Below are positions 28,127-36,332 of a stretch of 64,000 nt of DNA, in pieces. How positions within the stretch are numbered: the first letter of the stretch is position 1; the number at the start of each line of letters is the position of its first letter. The DNA is from a virus (Duplodnaviria; Heunggongvirae; Uroviricota; Caudoviricetes), in IMG/VR virus record IMGVR_UViG_3300025015_000009, positions 1 to 64,000 of that record. One strand, 5' to 3'. The notes under the pieces are model-generated. The model was not told where the DNA came from. It saw nothing but the letters and a program-made list of their open reading frames with translations, and did no database searches. The translations under genes were made by a program, and so were the position numbers.

Positions 28127-28579
28127 TTATTCAGTAATCAAGTCATGTTCGCTGGTTAAATCTGTAGCTGCAATCCACCCAACGGTAGTTAATATCGGAT
28201 GATCTGAGGTACATTTTAGTATCGATCCGTCGTCGAAAACAAGTTCAACCCAGGGTTTGTCAAGAGTTTGTACAATTACCTCATTTACTACATCAAACTC
28301 AGTCTCTTTAGTCTCTTCATTGAAAGAAAGAACCGACGTTCCAGGATTAATATCCTGGATTTTTTCTTTTGACCCATCTGCTAACGTGATAAGAGTATCT
28401 TTATGAACGCACCCATGGAGCTTAACGGTTCCTTCGAATACTAACGTCGGGTTAGGAAGCAACTTGTTATAAATTGCATCACCGTTGTCATCCATACCAA
28501 CGTATGAAGAACGATGCTCAACATTACGAACCACGTTTCGGAACTGCTCGATCGAAGGGAATTTAATTAATCTGCTCAT
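28127..28579 (-). CDS. RNA ligase 2 N-terminal fragment followed by an intein N-terminal segment
   Basis: The extein ends ...FEGTVKLHG, which is Rnl2 motif I KxHG. It is followed by CVHKDTLITLADGS...TSDHPIL (intein blocks A and B), then a stop after about 94 aa. Confidence 0.7.
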   Translation of the reverse strand: MSRLIKFPSIEQFRNVVRNVEHRSSYVGMDDNGDAIYNKLLPNPTLVFEGTVKLHGCVHKDTLITLADGSKEKIQDINPGTSVLSFNEETKETEFDVVNEVIVQTLDKPWVELVFDDGSILKCTSDHPILTTVGWIAATDLTSEHDLITE

Positions 28580-28603
28580 TTGTTTACTCCGTTTTGTTAT
28601 TCA

Positions 28604-28637
28604 ATGTAGACATTATACACTCTTTAACCAAAAAGTC
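28604..28637 (-). promoter_or_regulatory. Conserved promoter cassette (copy)
   Basis: Identical to the 11253 and 16125 copies. It drives the Rnl2 N-fragment. Confidence 0.55.
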
Positions 28638-28781
28638 AACCGAAAGATACCCGTTGTAACTAGTTGATTATTACATTTAATTTAGTTGGGTGTGCTGGAC
28701 AACATTGACATTAACTGTTGATAGGTTCCATTGATCCACCACGGCGCTCACCTCCAGCATCTTGCGCTCTTCTACAGCGGG

Positions 28782-29138
28782 CTATCTTCTCTCACCGTTG
28801 ATCCACCTCTCTTGGCTGCCATGCAGGAAATTGCCGCTGCGGTGCAGCCCGTTAATCCACCACTCTTTTGTTCCATCTGCGTATATAGAGGCGGGACCAT
28901 CTTCTCTGTGCAGTCGACCGTTGATATACCAATGTTTGGTTCCATCTGTCCATACTATGGCGGGGCCATCTTCTCTGTGCAATTCGCCGCCAACCCACCA
29001 CTCTTGGTGTCCGTCTGCGTATATAACAGCGGGACCATCTTCCCTGTGCAACTGGTCGTTGACGTACCAGAAGATGGTACCGAACTCGTCTGTCGTCACA
29101 GTCGATTTTAGCAATGTTAGAAACTGGTCAGGAGACAT
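28782..29138 (-). CDS. MORN-variant repeat protein (copy 4)
   Basis: Four repeats. A degenerate promoter cassette lies upstream at 29162..29200 with the -10 deleted. Confidence 0.65.
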   Translation of the reverse strand: MSPDQFLTLLKSTVTTDEFGTIFWYVNDQLHREDGPAVIYADGHQEWWVGGELHREDGPAIVWTDGTKHWYINGRLHREDGPASIYADGTKEWWINGLHRSGNFLHGSQERWINGERR

Positions 29139-29199
29139 ATAATACCGCGCTTGTTATTCAATGTAGACATTACTCTTTAACCAAACGTCAACCGAAATA

Positions 29200-29679
29200 T
29201 TACTTGTTGCTCAAGATCTCATCCTCAATAAGGGGTTCGATAGTTGAGTTAGGTTGCGTTGGAATTAAAAAGTATGGAACAGAGAACTGCAACTGTTCAC
29301 TGGTCGCGCTGGTAGGTGGGATACACATTTTCTTCGCTAGGTCGACGTCGAACCGATGCTCATATGCCCTCATCATGCATTTGTTCTGTTCGTATAATGA
29401 GCCAACAACAGTGAACGCTATCCCGAAACACGCCAATGTAACAACAACAACAGTAGTTAAGCAAATCTTACTAAACAATCCCATTTGGTGAGTATCTGTT
29501 ATAAAATACGAATTTAGGTTATCTGTTGTTTTGTTCGTTGAACGAAATACAGCGAAGATTGATGCTGGTATTTTCCATGACTTCATAAAAAGTCCTCCGG
29601 GAAAGTTAGTTAAGAAGAGTTGTCTCAGTCTGGATTCGTTGACTAATAACCTCGTAGAACGAATCCATCTCACCACCAA
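29200..29679 (-). CDS. Hypothetical membrane protein
   Basis: 159 aa with a central hydrophobic helix. Confidence 0.3.
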   Translation of the reverse strand: MVVRWIRSTRLLVNESRLRQLFLTNFPGGLFMKSWKIPASIFAVFRSTNKTTDNLNSYFITDTHQMGLFSKICLTTVVVVTLACFGIAFTVVGSLYEQNKCMMRAYEHRFDVDLAKKMCIPPTSATSEQLQFSVPYFLIPTQPNSTIEPLIEDEILSNK

Positions 29680-29929
29680 AGTGTCCAGTTAGATGATCCA
29701 GTGCCTGGACCACAAAGACGTAGTTCTTTTTCTTGTATTCATCTATCAACGATTGGTGCATTGCTTTTAACGCAGTGAGTTGTGATATTTCTGTGAACGA
29801 GATCTTATCTCCAGGTATAACACAGAATGCCTCTAACGAATCACCGTTAACGTCGAATGTTTCTAATTCTAAAACAGTGTAGTTCTCTCTAAGGCCAGTG
29901 GCGACTTCGCGTCCAAATACTATTTGCAT
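29606..29929 (-). CDS. Hypothetical protein
   Basis: 107 aa. Confidence 0.3.
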   Translation of the reverse strand: MQIVFGREVATGLRENYTVLELETFDVNGDSLEAFCVIPGDKISFTEISQLTALKAMHQSLIDEYKKKNYVFVVQALDHLTGHFGGEMDSFYEVISQRIQTETTLLN

Positions 29930-30615
29930 TATGTTAACTCCTTGTACTTTTCCAGAAACATATTATATGACACCCACGCAGTTTCTGGCGCTGGAAATGA
30001 CTGCAACTGCTCAAGTGTCACCGACGGTAACCCGATCCAATTCAACCCGCGCGATGGCATAAAAGCGTATGCTTCTATCTTTTGTGCAATCTTATCGGCA
30101 TACTTAATAATATGTCTTTCGTCGTCAGTTAGCTCTGTCAGGTTACACATATCGTATATAGCAAACAGTAATCGATCTTCGATTTCTTTAATTGTGTCGG
30201 CTATAACCGGCAACCGTTTCACTGGGGAAGGCCAATCCCCAGTGTATGCCTCAGCTGCGTCATGTAACAGTGCCTTCAGCAGCAACTCGTTCCTTGCTCG
30301 CTGGTTGTTTATTCCTGCAACGAACGACGGTAGTTGTGTGAGCACCGGATGAGACGACGCGATCATCGCCTGTACCTCATTCATAACAAAAATAGAATGT
30401 TGTGCTACGTTATACGGAACAGTTGTTATTGTTTGTCCGCAGAATCGAGGCAAACGAGACAACCCCCACGCAATGTCATCTATGCTGATTGTGCTCGCAT
30501 CGGGGTTCTGTATGTCAACTAACATCCCTGTTACTGTTTCGAGTTTAGTATTCACTTTTAGTAATTCCATACTTCTTAACAAATTGTTGAACACCGATTG
30601 CTTGATTGTAAGCAT
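29929..30615 (-). CDS. HD-domain phosphohydrolase
   Basis: ...NVAQHS... and ...LLHDAAEAYTGD... give the H...HD...D metal-binding pattern. Confidence 0.55.
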   Translation of the reverse strand: MLTIKQSVFNNLLRSMELLKVNTKLETVTGMLVDIQNPDASTISIDDIAWGLSRLPRFCGQTITTVPYNVAQHSIFVMNEVQAMIASSHPVLTQLPSFVAGINNQRARNELLLKALLHDAAEAYTGDWPSPVKRLPVIADTIKEIEDRLLFAIYDMCNLTELTDDERHIIKYADKIAQKIEAYAFMPSRGLNWIGLPSVTLEQLQSFPAPETAWVSYNMFLEKYKELT

Positions 30616-31081
30616 CGGCTAAGGCGTTATGAAGATCGTCTTTATTTTTCTCTCGAGGATCACCACCTAACTTAAATAGTGTTCTACTGTCAGATATCTG
30701 ATGATACCACCACGGAACAGGGATCTTATTCTGCTTGTACAGATCTTCTAATAAAATAAGATCGAATAATGGTCCTTGTGCCCATATGTTCTGAACCCCA
30801 ACGAGATACCTGTTTAAGTCTGCTTGGAACACTGCAACAGATGTTCTATCAAACTCACTGAACGCCTCGTCCTGGATGTCGGCTGATTGTTTAGTCCACC
30901 ATGCTAATGTGTCATCGTCGACATGTCGACCTGACGCAATCTGTTCGTCGGCATCCAATCGATAGTATAGTCCTTGTGTGGGCTCTGTCGTGGTGTACGG
31001 GTCAAACTTAACAGCACCGAAGGTTAATATTACTGCACTGCGGTCAGTTGACAGTGTTTCTATATCCAGCATACAGTCCAT
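30545..31081 (-). CDS. DEDDh 3'-5' exonuclease (DnaQ-like)
   Basis: Exo I motif LDIETLS. Exo III motif HNALADAYNQA. Confidence 0.65.
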   Translation of the reverse strand: MDCMLDIETLSTDRSAVILTFGAVKFDPYTTTEPTQGLYYRLDADEQIASGRHVDDDTLAWWTKQSADIQDEAFSEFDRTSVAVFQADLNRYLVGVQNIWAQGPLFDLILLEDLYKQNKIPVPWWYHQISDSRTLFKLGGDPREKNKDDLHNALADAYNQAIGVQQFVKKYGITKSEY

Positions 31082-31398
31082 TATGCTTCTGGTTCCAAAC
31101 GAATACTAAGAGGGAACCCGTTCTGTCTAGACAGCATTGTTACCTCAATTCCTTTTTGCTCTGCTATCTCATACGGTAGAACTGCAACAGTAGCAGACCC
31201 TTCGTCGTTAATCTTCATTGCCATTGCTTGTGCATCTCCGTCAGTGTAGTCAAAGAACGCACATAATGTTTCGACAACAAACGACATCGAAGTAATATCG
31301 TCGTTTATATACACAACTTTATACATCTTCGGCGGAGTGATCTTATTGTTGACTTTGCTACTCACTACCTTCTTAACAGCAAGTTCTGTATCGCTCAT
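31081..31398 (-). CDS. clpS: ClpS-like ATP-dependent Clp protease adaptor
   Basis: PPKMYKVVYINDDITSMSFVVETLCAFF aligns with the ClpS core ([27 protein letters not shown]). Confidence 0.75.
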   Translation of the reverse strand: MSDTELAVKKVVSSKVNNKITPPKMYKVVYINDDITSMSFVVETLCAFFDYTDGDAQAMAMKINDEGSATVAVLPYEIAEQKGIEVTMLSRQNGFPLSIRLEPEA

Positions 31399-31445
31399 TT
31401 GGTATCCTTATAGTTAAAAATGCTATGGTATATCTCAACCATAGC

Positions 31446-31486
31446 ATTATTGTACTACCGTTTTCGGTATTTTGTAACCGAAACGG
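31446..31486. terminator. Stem-loop (possible terminator/operator) between the hsp20 and clpS genes
   Basis: ACCGTTTTCGGT-attttgta-ACCGAAACGGT, an 11-bp imperfect inverted repeat. Confidence 0.35.
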
Positions 31487-31494
31487 TTATCTTA

Positions 31495-31941
31495 TCACTC
31501 GCTAAATGTAATTGGAATTTTCTTTGGTTTCGCCGACTCGGGAACAACTCGTTCCAAACTAACTGTTAGCATACCGTTCTTAACTGTTGCTCCGTTAACA
31601 ACGATATTTTCTGCTAAGTTAATCGTCCTGGAGAAGTTCCGTTTACTGATGCCGTGATGCAAGTACTCGCCTGGTTCTGCATAAGAAGGGTCTCTTGTTC
31701 CGGTTACGACCAATTTGTTCTCCTTTAGCTCGATATCCAATTCTCTTTCGTCGAATCCTGCTACAGCAAACTCAACAGAGTACTCTGTATCGCTGTACTT
31801 TACGATGTTATACGGTGGATAGTTGTTGTTCGAATCTGAGGCAGAACGGCGGTGGAGTTGGTCAAACAAGTTGTCAAATCCTACTGCAAAACGATTGAAT
31901 TGTGGAAGATCTAAAGTGGTGATACGTGGTAGAGTAGTCAT
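31495..31941 (-). CDS. ibpA: Small heat-shock protein (Hsp20/alpha-crystallin, IbpA-like)
   Basis: Aligns along its whole length with IbpA/IbpB (...PPYN.....YS.E.AVAGF...EL.I.......LVV.G.......YL..GI..RNF.R...LAENI.V.GA...NG.L...LER..PE...P..I). Confidence 0.85.
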   Translation of the reverse strand: MTTLPRITTLDLPQFNRFAVGFDNLFDQLHRRSASDSNNNYPPYNIVKYSDTEYSVEFAVAGFDERELDIELKENKLVVTGTRDPSYAEPGEYLHHGISKRNFSRTINLAENIVVNGATVKNGMLTVSLERVVPESAKPKKIPITFSE

Positions 31942-32027
31942 AGTTATTCTCCTTTTTAAGCAATATATGAACTATAGTAGGTCCGGCTCATCCAGCACCT
32001 ACTATTTTATTTATCTTACTACTTTTA

Positions 32028-33677
32028 CTACTGGCCGATTTTAGTCAAAAACTGACGAACTTGTTCTTGTTCAACATCGGTTAGATCGCTGACGTCGTAT
32101 ATGCCGCTTCCGAGCTGTTCGACTAAGTGTTGTATGTACTGTTCGTTATATGCATACGAATCAGTTGATGACTTAGTAACTTCGATCCAATCCTGGTCAT
32201 TCCATTTAAACAACCTCGATGGCAAGTAATCAACTCTAACAAACATATCGCCTTTAATCGGATTAATCGGAAACGCTATACCGAACCCAGAATTTGCTTT
32301 GTGAGCTACGTCGTTGTCGGCTTGCGCTGCTAACATTGCATCATATGCCTTCGCTGGAATAATCAACGGTTTTGTCGGAGATACTCCGGTTGCTGGTACA
32401 AGAGTTATATGCGATGTAACCTCTTCTGTTCGTTCTTCTGTTCGTTCTTCTGTTCGTTCTTCTGCTTGTTCCTCTACTATTGGGGTTGGGTTACCTTGTG
32501 CGCCAATGGCAGGAAACATGCTGACTACATTGCTCGAGTTTTCTGTGTCAAGCAATTCGTTTAGCCGGTCGGTCTCATCAGGAACACTGTCGAATACGGA
32601 TTGGTCGAATCCGTCCATCGATTGCCCGAACCCATCTGGTGACTCTGAATCACCAGTGTTAATGCACTGCGGTTCAAGCGGCATTGTGTCAACATCAATT
32701 GATTCAGTTGAGGTAATACTAATAACGACTGGGGCTCCAGTTAGTTTAACTAAAGACGGATTACACACTAAGTCGTATGTATTATACACAGCAATAGGGG
32801 TCACAGCAACAGGTTCTTGTTGTTCTTCTTTACTTTTCTCTGCTGCATCTTTCTCTAGTTGAGCCAGCTCTTTCTCTTCTCTGCGTCGAATGAGTTTTTC
32901 GGCTCGTTTCTTATCTCTTGCATCGTTGGCCCAATCCAGTGACGAAGTTGCTGCTAACAACAGCACGATAGCCAACGGGTCAAACACTGAAACAATAACG
33001 ATAATAACCCATCGCACTGCCGACTCTAATAGATTGGCATCGGGGTTGTCACCGTATATTAACGCAGCAATATATTTAATTGGTCCTACTTCTGCTTCGA
33101 CCTTACGAACCTGAGCAGCAATTGGAATTCGTTGTTCGTTCAGAGTTGTGATTTGTTTCTGTGCAGTTTCTATCTCTGTCTGAATTCGCTTTCGTTCTTT
33201 CTGTTGTGCTCTACGAATGTTATTTGACGTTAATGCACCGCCTTCGGTGGTAGACCTAGCCATTACTTGATCTACCGCAGCATCAAGTTGCGTTAATGCT
33301 TTTCTTTCAGATTCGATGTTCCCTTTGAGTATTGCGATCTTCTCGTCGTATATTGCAATTTGAGATTGCACGTCTCCAGATGTTAAGTTTTGGTCCACAT
33401 GGCTTTTGCTCAAGAATCCAAATGAGCCAAGACTTGTTAAGAACATCAACACAAATACAGCTGGAACCAAGTACATCTTTATACGAAGGCCTGCCTGCTC
33501 CCAATAATAATGCAACCATAACGTTGACATAATTTTAGCAAACTCAAGAGCACCTCCCATAATAATAATCGGTAAAAAGGCGGCAGAAAAGATAGCAGTT
33601 AACCCAATTATCGAGTAGTACGCGCTTGTTGCTGATAAAATAAGTGCAGCCAATAACGTTAATAGCGAAACTATCAT
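32028..33677 (-). CDS. Large membrane/coiled-coil protein with an (ERTE)n acidic repeat
   Basis: 549 aa. Four N-terminal TM helices, a long coiled coil, and EERTEERTEERTEE encoded by a 12-bp tandem repeat at about 32424..32465. Confidence 0.4.
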   Translation of the reverse strand: MIVSLLTLLAALILSATSAYYSIIGLTAIFSAAFLPIIIMGGALEFAKIMSTLWLHYYWEQAGLRIKMYLVPAVFVLMFLTSLGSFGFLSKSHVDQNLTSGDVQSQIAIYDEKIAILKGNIESERKALTQLDAAVDQVMARSTTEGGALTSNNIRRAQQKERKRIQTEIETAQKQITTLNEQRIPIAAQVRKVEAEVGPIKYIAALIYGDNPDANLLESAVRWVIIVIVSVFDPLAIVLLLAATSSLDWANDARDKKRAEKLIRRREEKELAQLEKDAAEKSKEEQQEPVAVTPIAVYNTYDLVCNPSLVKLTGAPVVISITSTESIDVDTMPLEPQCINTGDSESPDGFGQSMDGFDQSVFDSVPDETDRLNELLDTENSSNVVSMFPAIGAQGNPTPIVEEQAEERTEERTEERTEEVTSHITLVPATGVSPTKPLIIPAKAYDAMLAAQADNDVAHKANSGFGIAFPINPIKGDMFVRVDYLPSRLFKWNDQDWIEVTKSSTDSYAYNEQYIQHLVEQLGSGIYDVSDLTDVEQEQVRQFLTKIGQ

Positions 33678-34504
33678 ACTATGCGTTCTTTACAGTTATC
33701 AAAATGCCACCGTTTCATGTTATTGTTGCTTTTACTAACTATCGTACAGTGTGGGCAAACAATCTCAGTTCTCAGTGCCCACGAGCGTTTAGCCGATTCT
33801 GATCTAAGTTTTTTTAGTTTTTCTGCCATTGCTGCTCCATATATCTCTGCATACGTCTTTCCTTTATGACCGGTCTCTCTTCCGAGTAGTGCATTTCGAA
33901 TAGCAACTTTTCTTTTTTCAGTACACGATCCTGTTTTTCTACCTTTTTGTGCTAACGACAGTGCGGCACGGTGCTCGGCAGTTTTCTTAACACCGGTCAA
34001 GGCAATCGATACTTTCCTTCCATGCCCACTTGGTTTTGGCTTTTTTAACTTAGCAATAATAGTAGGATCAGTTGCCTTCTTTTTATTTGCCAGGGCAATA
34101 TTAGCTCTATGAGTCGCACTTTTCGGTTTCCCTTTGCTTGCAATTGACATCTTTAATTTGACCTCATCTGATGTTTTTAATCCTGCTGTTGACCATTTCT
34201 TAGTGTTTGTGTTAGGATCAACATATTGTTGATTTAAACACTTAGGGTCAGCTATATGAGTCATTATTAATAACTGTTCTAACCAATAGTAACTATCAAC
34301 ACTGTGCTCTCCTTCGAACAAAACAGTAAACGTAAACGCAGAAAGTCCGAAGTCTCTGATCTGCGCCTTAATAACTTTAGATGACGACAAATACCGTTTC
34401 CCTAAGTCTTGCCTGGCAGGAAGAGTATTCTTAAATCTGGAACCATAGTAATACTCAGATGTTGTCGTGTTTACAATAATGTATGTATACGGTAATATGC
34501 TCAT
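33674..34504 (-). CDS. GIY-YIG homing endonuclease with NUMOD-like DNA-binding repeats
   Basis: YTYIIVNTTTSEYYYGS is GIY...YIG. Repeated x-HRA-x-S-xA-xKG motifs. Confidence 0.6.
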   Translation of the reverse strand: MSILPYTYIIVNTTTSEYYYGSRFKNTLPARQDLGKRYLSSSKVIKAQIRDFGLSAFTFTVLFEGEHSVDSYYWLEQLLIMTHIADPKCLNQQYVDPNTNTKKWSTAGLKTSDEVKLKMSIASKGKPKSATHRANIALANKKKATDPTIIAKLKKPKPSGHGRKVSIALTGVKKTAEHRAALSLAQKGRKTGSCTEKRKVAIRNALLGRETGHKGKTYAEIYGAAMAEKLKKLRSESAKRSWALRTEIVCPHCTIVSKSNNNMKRWHFDNCKERIV

Positions 34505-34540
34505 TAGTTATTTATCGAATTTACACCACATAAATACGTT

Positions 34541-34987
34541 ATGTGGACATATAATAACGTACAAATTCAAGACACTGATATACCAGAACAGGCAATTGGC
34601 TTCATATACATTATTACGCACACGCCGTCGTCTCGCAAGTATATCGGTAGAAAGCTATTAACTATGGCAGGCACAAAACAAGTAAACGGGAAAAAGAAGA
34701 AGATACGTAAGGACAGCAAATGGAGAGACTATTGGTCTAGTTCACCAGATTTACTTAAACTGATTGCTACTGAAGGGATTGATAATTTCACCAGAGAGAT
34801 TATTTGTTTCGCTAACTCGAAAAGTTCGCTGTCGTACATGGAAGAAGCAATGCAGTATCAGCTTGGGGTGTTAGAAACAGAACACTGGTTTAACTCTAAC
34901 ATCCGAGCAAAAGTGTACCGACGCAATGTATTCGGTAAATCAGATATCATTGTTTTCAGAGAAATGTTGACTAAGTTCGGTCGTTAG
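34541..34987 (+). CDS. GIY-YIG endonuclease-like protein
   Basis: GFIYIITHTPSSRKYIGRK. One of only a few plus-strand genes. Confidence 0.5.
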   Translation: MWTYNNVQIQDTDIPEQAIGFIYIITHTPSSRKYIGRKLLTMAGTKQVNGKKKKIRKDSKWRDYWSSSPDLLKLIATEGIDNFTREIICFANSKSSLSYMEEAMQYQLGVLETEHWFNSNIRAKVYRRNVFGKSDIIVFREMLTKFGR

Positions 34988-35291
34988 CGTTTAAAGAGCA
35001 CAAACCAAACTAGTACGCCAATAAGAACTACATCCCAATAATCTGTTAAGAACAACTGCAACGAAGTCATGTGCGCTTCACTGTTACCTGTTTAATAACA
35101 TATCGATCGTATATATCGTTGTATGAGGCTTTTAACGACTCGATTATCGACAAAGACGTAGACTTAACATGAACCTGGTTGCTATATACATCGACTATTG
35201 CGTAGTACACATACATAAGGGAATCCTCGTAAACGTCTTATTGACTTTTTATTTACCTAGAATTCCCTCACATAATATGAGTTTATTTAAC

Positions 35292-36332
35292 TCAGTTTTC
35301 TAGTTCTTCTATCGGGATCGCCGGACACACACCTTTCACCGCTGATTTGTACCCGTAATCGTAGCCATTGTCATACGCCTCGTAGTCAGGGTCGACGTTG
35401 GTCCTAGGAGCAAACGGAACACTGTCGTATCCGTCTTTGTATCCATCTTTATACCCGTCGAAGTAGGTAAGAAGCGGTCGCCCCGAGTCCCCGGTTGCCC
35501 GGTTTGACTCTTTCACTACCTCTTTCGCTACTTCTGCACCCTTACTGTTAACAACTGACGAAGCAGTATAGTCTGTGTTAGGAAGAGTATCGATCCAACC
35601 ATCTTCGACCTCACCAACAACCTCATAACGCCATGTTCGACCTTTTGCGTTGTTGTAGTCGTTTGGAATACTAACAACATCTGCTGGATTAATCTTAACT
35701 AACACGCAACGATCGGTTCTGCCGTTCCCATAATGGCTGAGATAACTACGCGAGCAAAAGTGCAGGCCTCGTGAGCAGGTGTTCTGCCTGTTGTCATCAA
35801 CTTGGTTGCGCGGCATTTCACAGATCGACCCAGGGCGATTATTGAATGTACCACTGTGAATATCAGTGTAATCTGCACGTACAATCTTATACGCAATAAG
35901 GTGTCCGTCTTCTGTAATAGGCAGCTCGTTCTGCTCAATAAACAGGAAGAGTTCGTTTACTGCTGTTGCGCTGGGATTTTGATAGAGATTTGCTATAAAA
36001 TTTAGCAACGGCTTGTTATCGAACCCGTCTGCCACCATCTTAATAATTCTGGTAACAAAGACATCATGCAGTGGCGTCTTAAAATCACCAATGGTAACAT
36101 ACCCACTGTTTCCTTCAATCGTCACTTTAACTCGCGACTCTGAATCACTGCTAACAAACTTACTAACAGCTACCTTTGCACTTAGTTTCTCTACTTCAGC
36201 AAATTGCCCCGTCTTGACTAACTCAAGAGCAGTTTCGTACATTGTATCATTCTTAAAGAACTGGGTTACTGCTCCAGTTTGCAAGTTGGTGACTGTAACT
36301 ACTTTGTCGTTACTAAAATAAACATATTTCAT
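35292..36332 (-). CDS. rIIB-like protein (tentative)
   Basis: 346 aa. It directly follows the GHKL ATPase gene with an ATGA overlap, an order and size like T4 rIIA-rIIB. There is no strong motif, so the call rests on context. Confidence 0.3.
   Translation of the reverse strand: MKYVYFSNDKVVTVTNLQTGAVTQFFKNDTMYETALELVKTGQFAEVEKLSAKVAVSKFVSSDSESRVKVTIEGNSGYVTIGDFKTPLHDVFVTRIIKMVADGFDNKPLLNFIANLYQNPSATAVNELFLFIEQNELPITEDGHLIAYKIVRADYTDIHSGTFNNRPGSICEMPRNQVDDNRQNTCSRGLHFCSRSYLSHYGNGRTDRCVLVKINPADVVSIPNDYNNAKGRTWRYEVVGEVEDGWIDTLPNTDYTASSVVNSKGAEVAKEVVKESNRATGDSGRPLLTYFDGYKDGYKDGYDSVPFAPRTNVDPDYEAYDNGYDYGYKSAVKGVCPAIPIEELEN

Noticed and set aside
35240-35285. TTGACT followed about 24 nt later by CATAAT upstream of the 35292 region, as a promoter
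   Set aside because: The spacer is too long, and the orientation does not serve a downstream gene.
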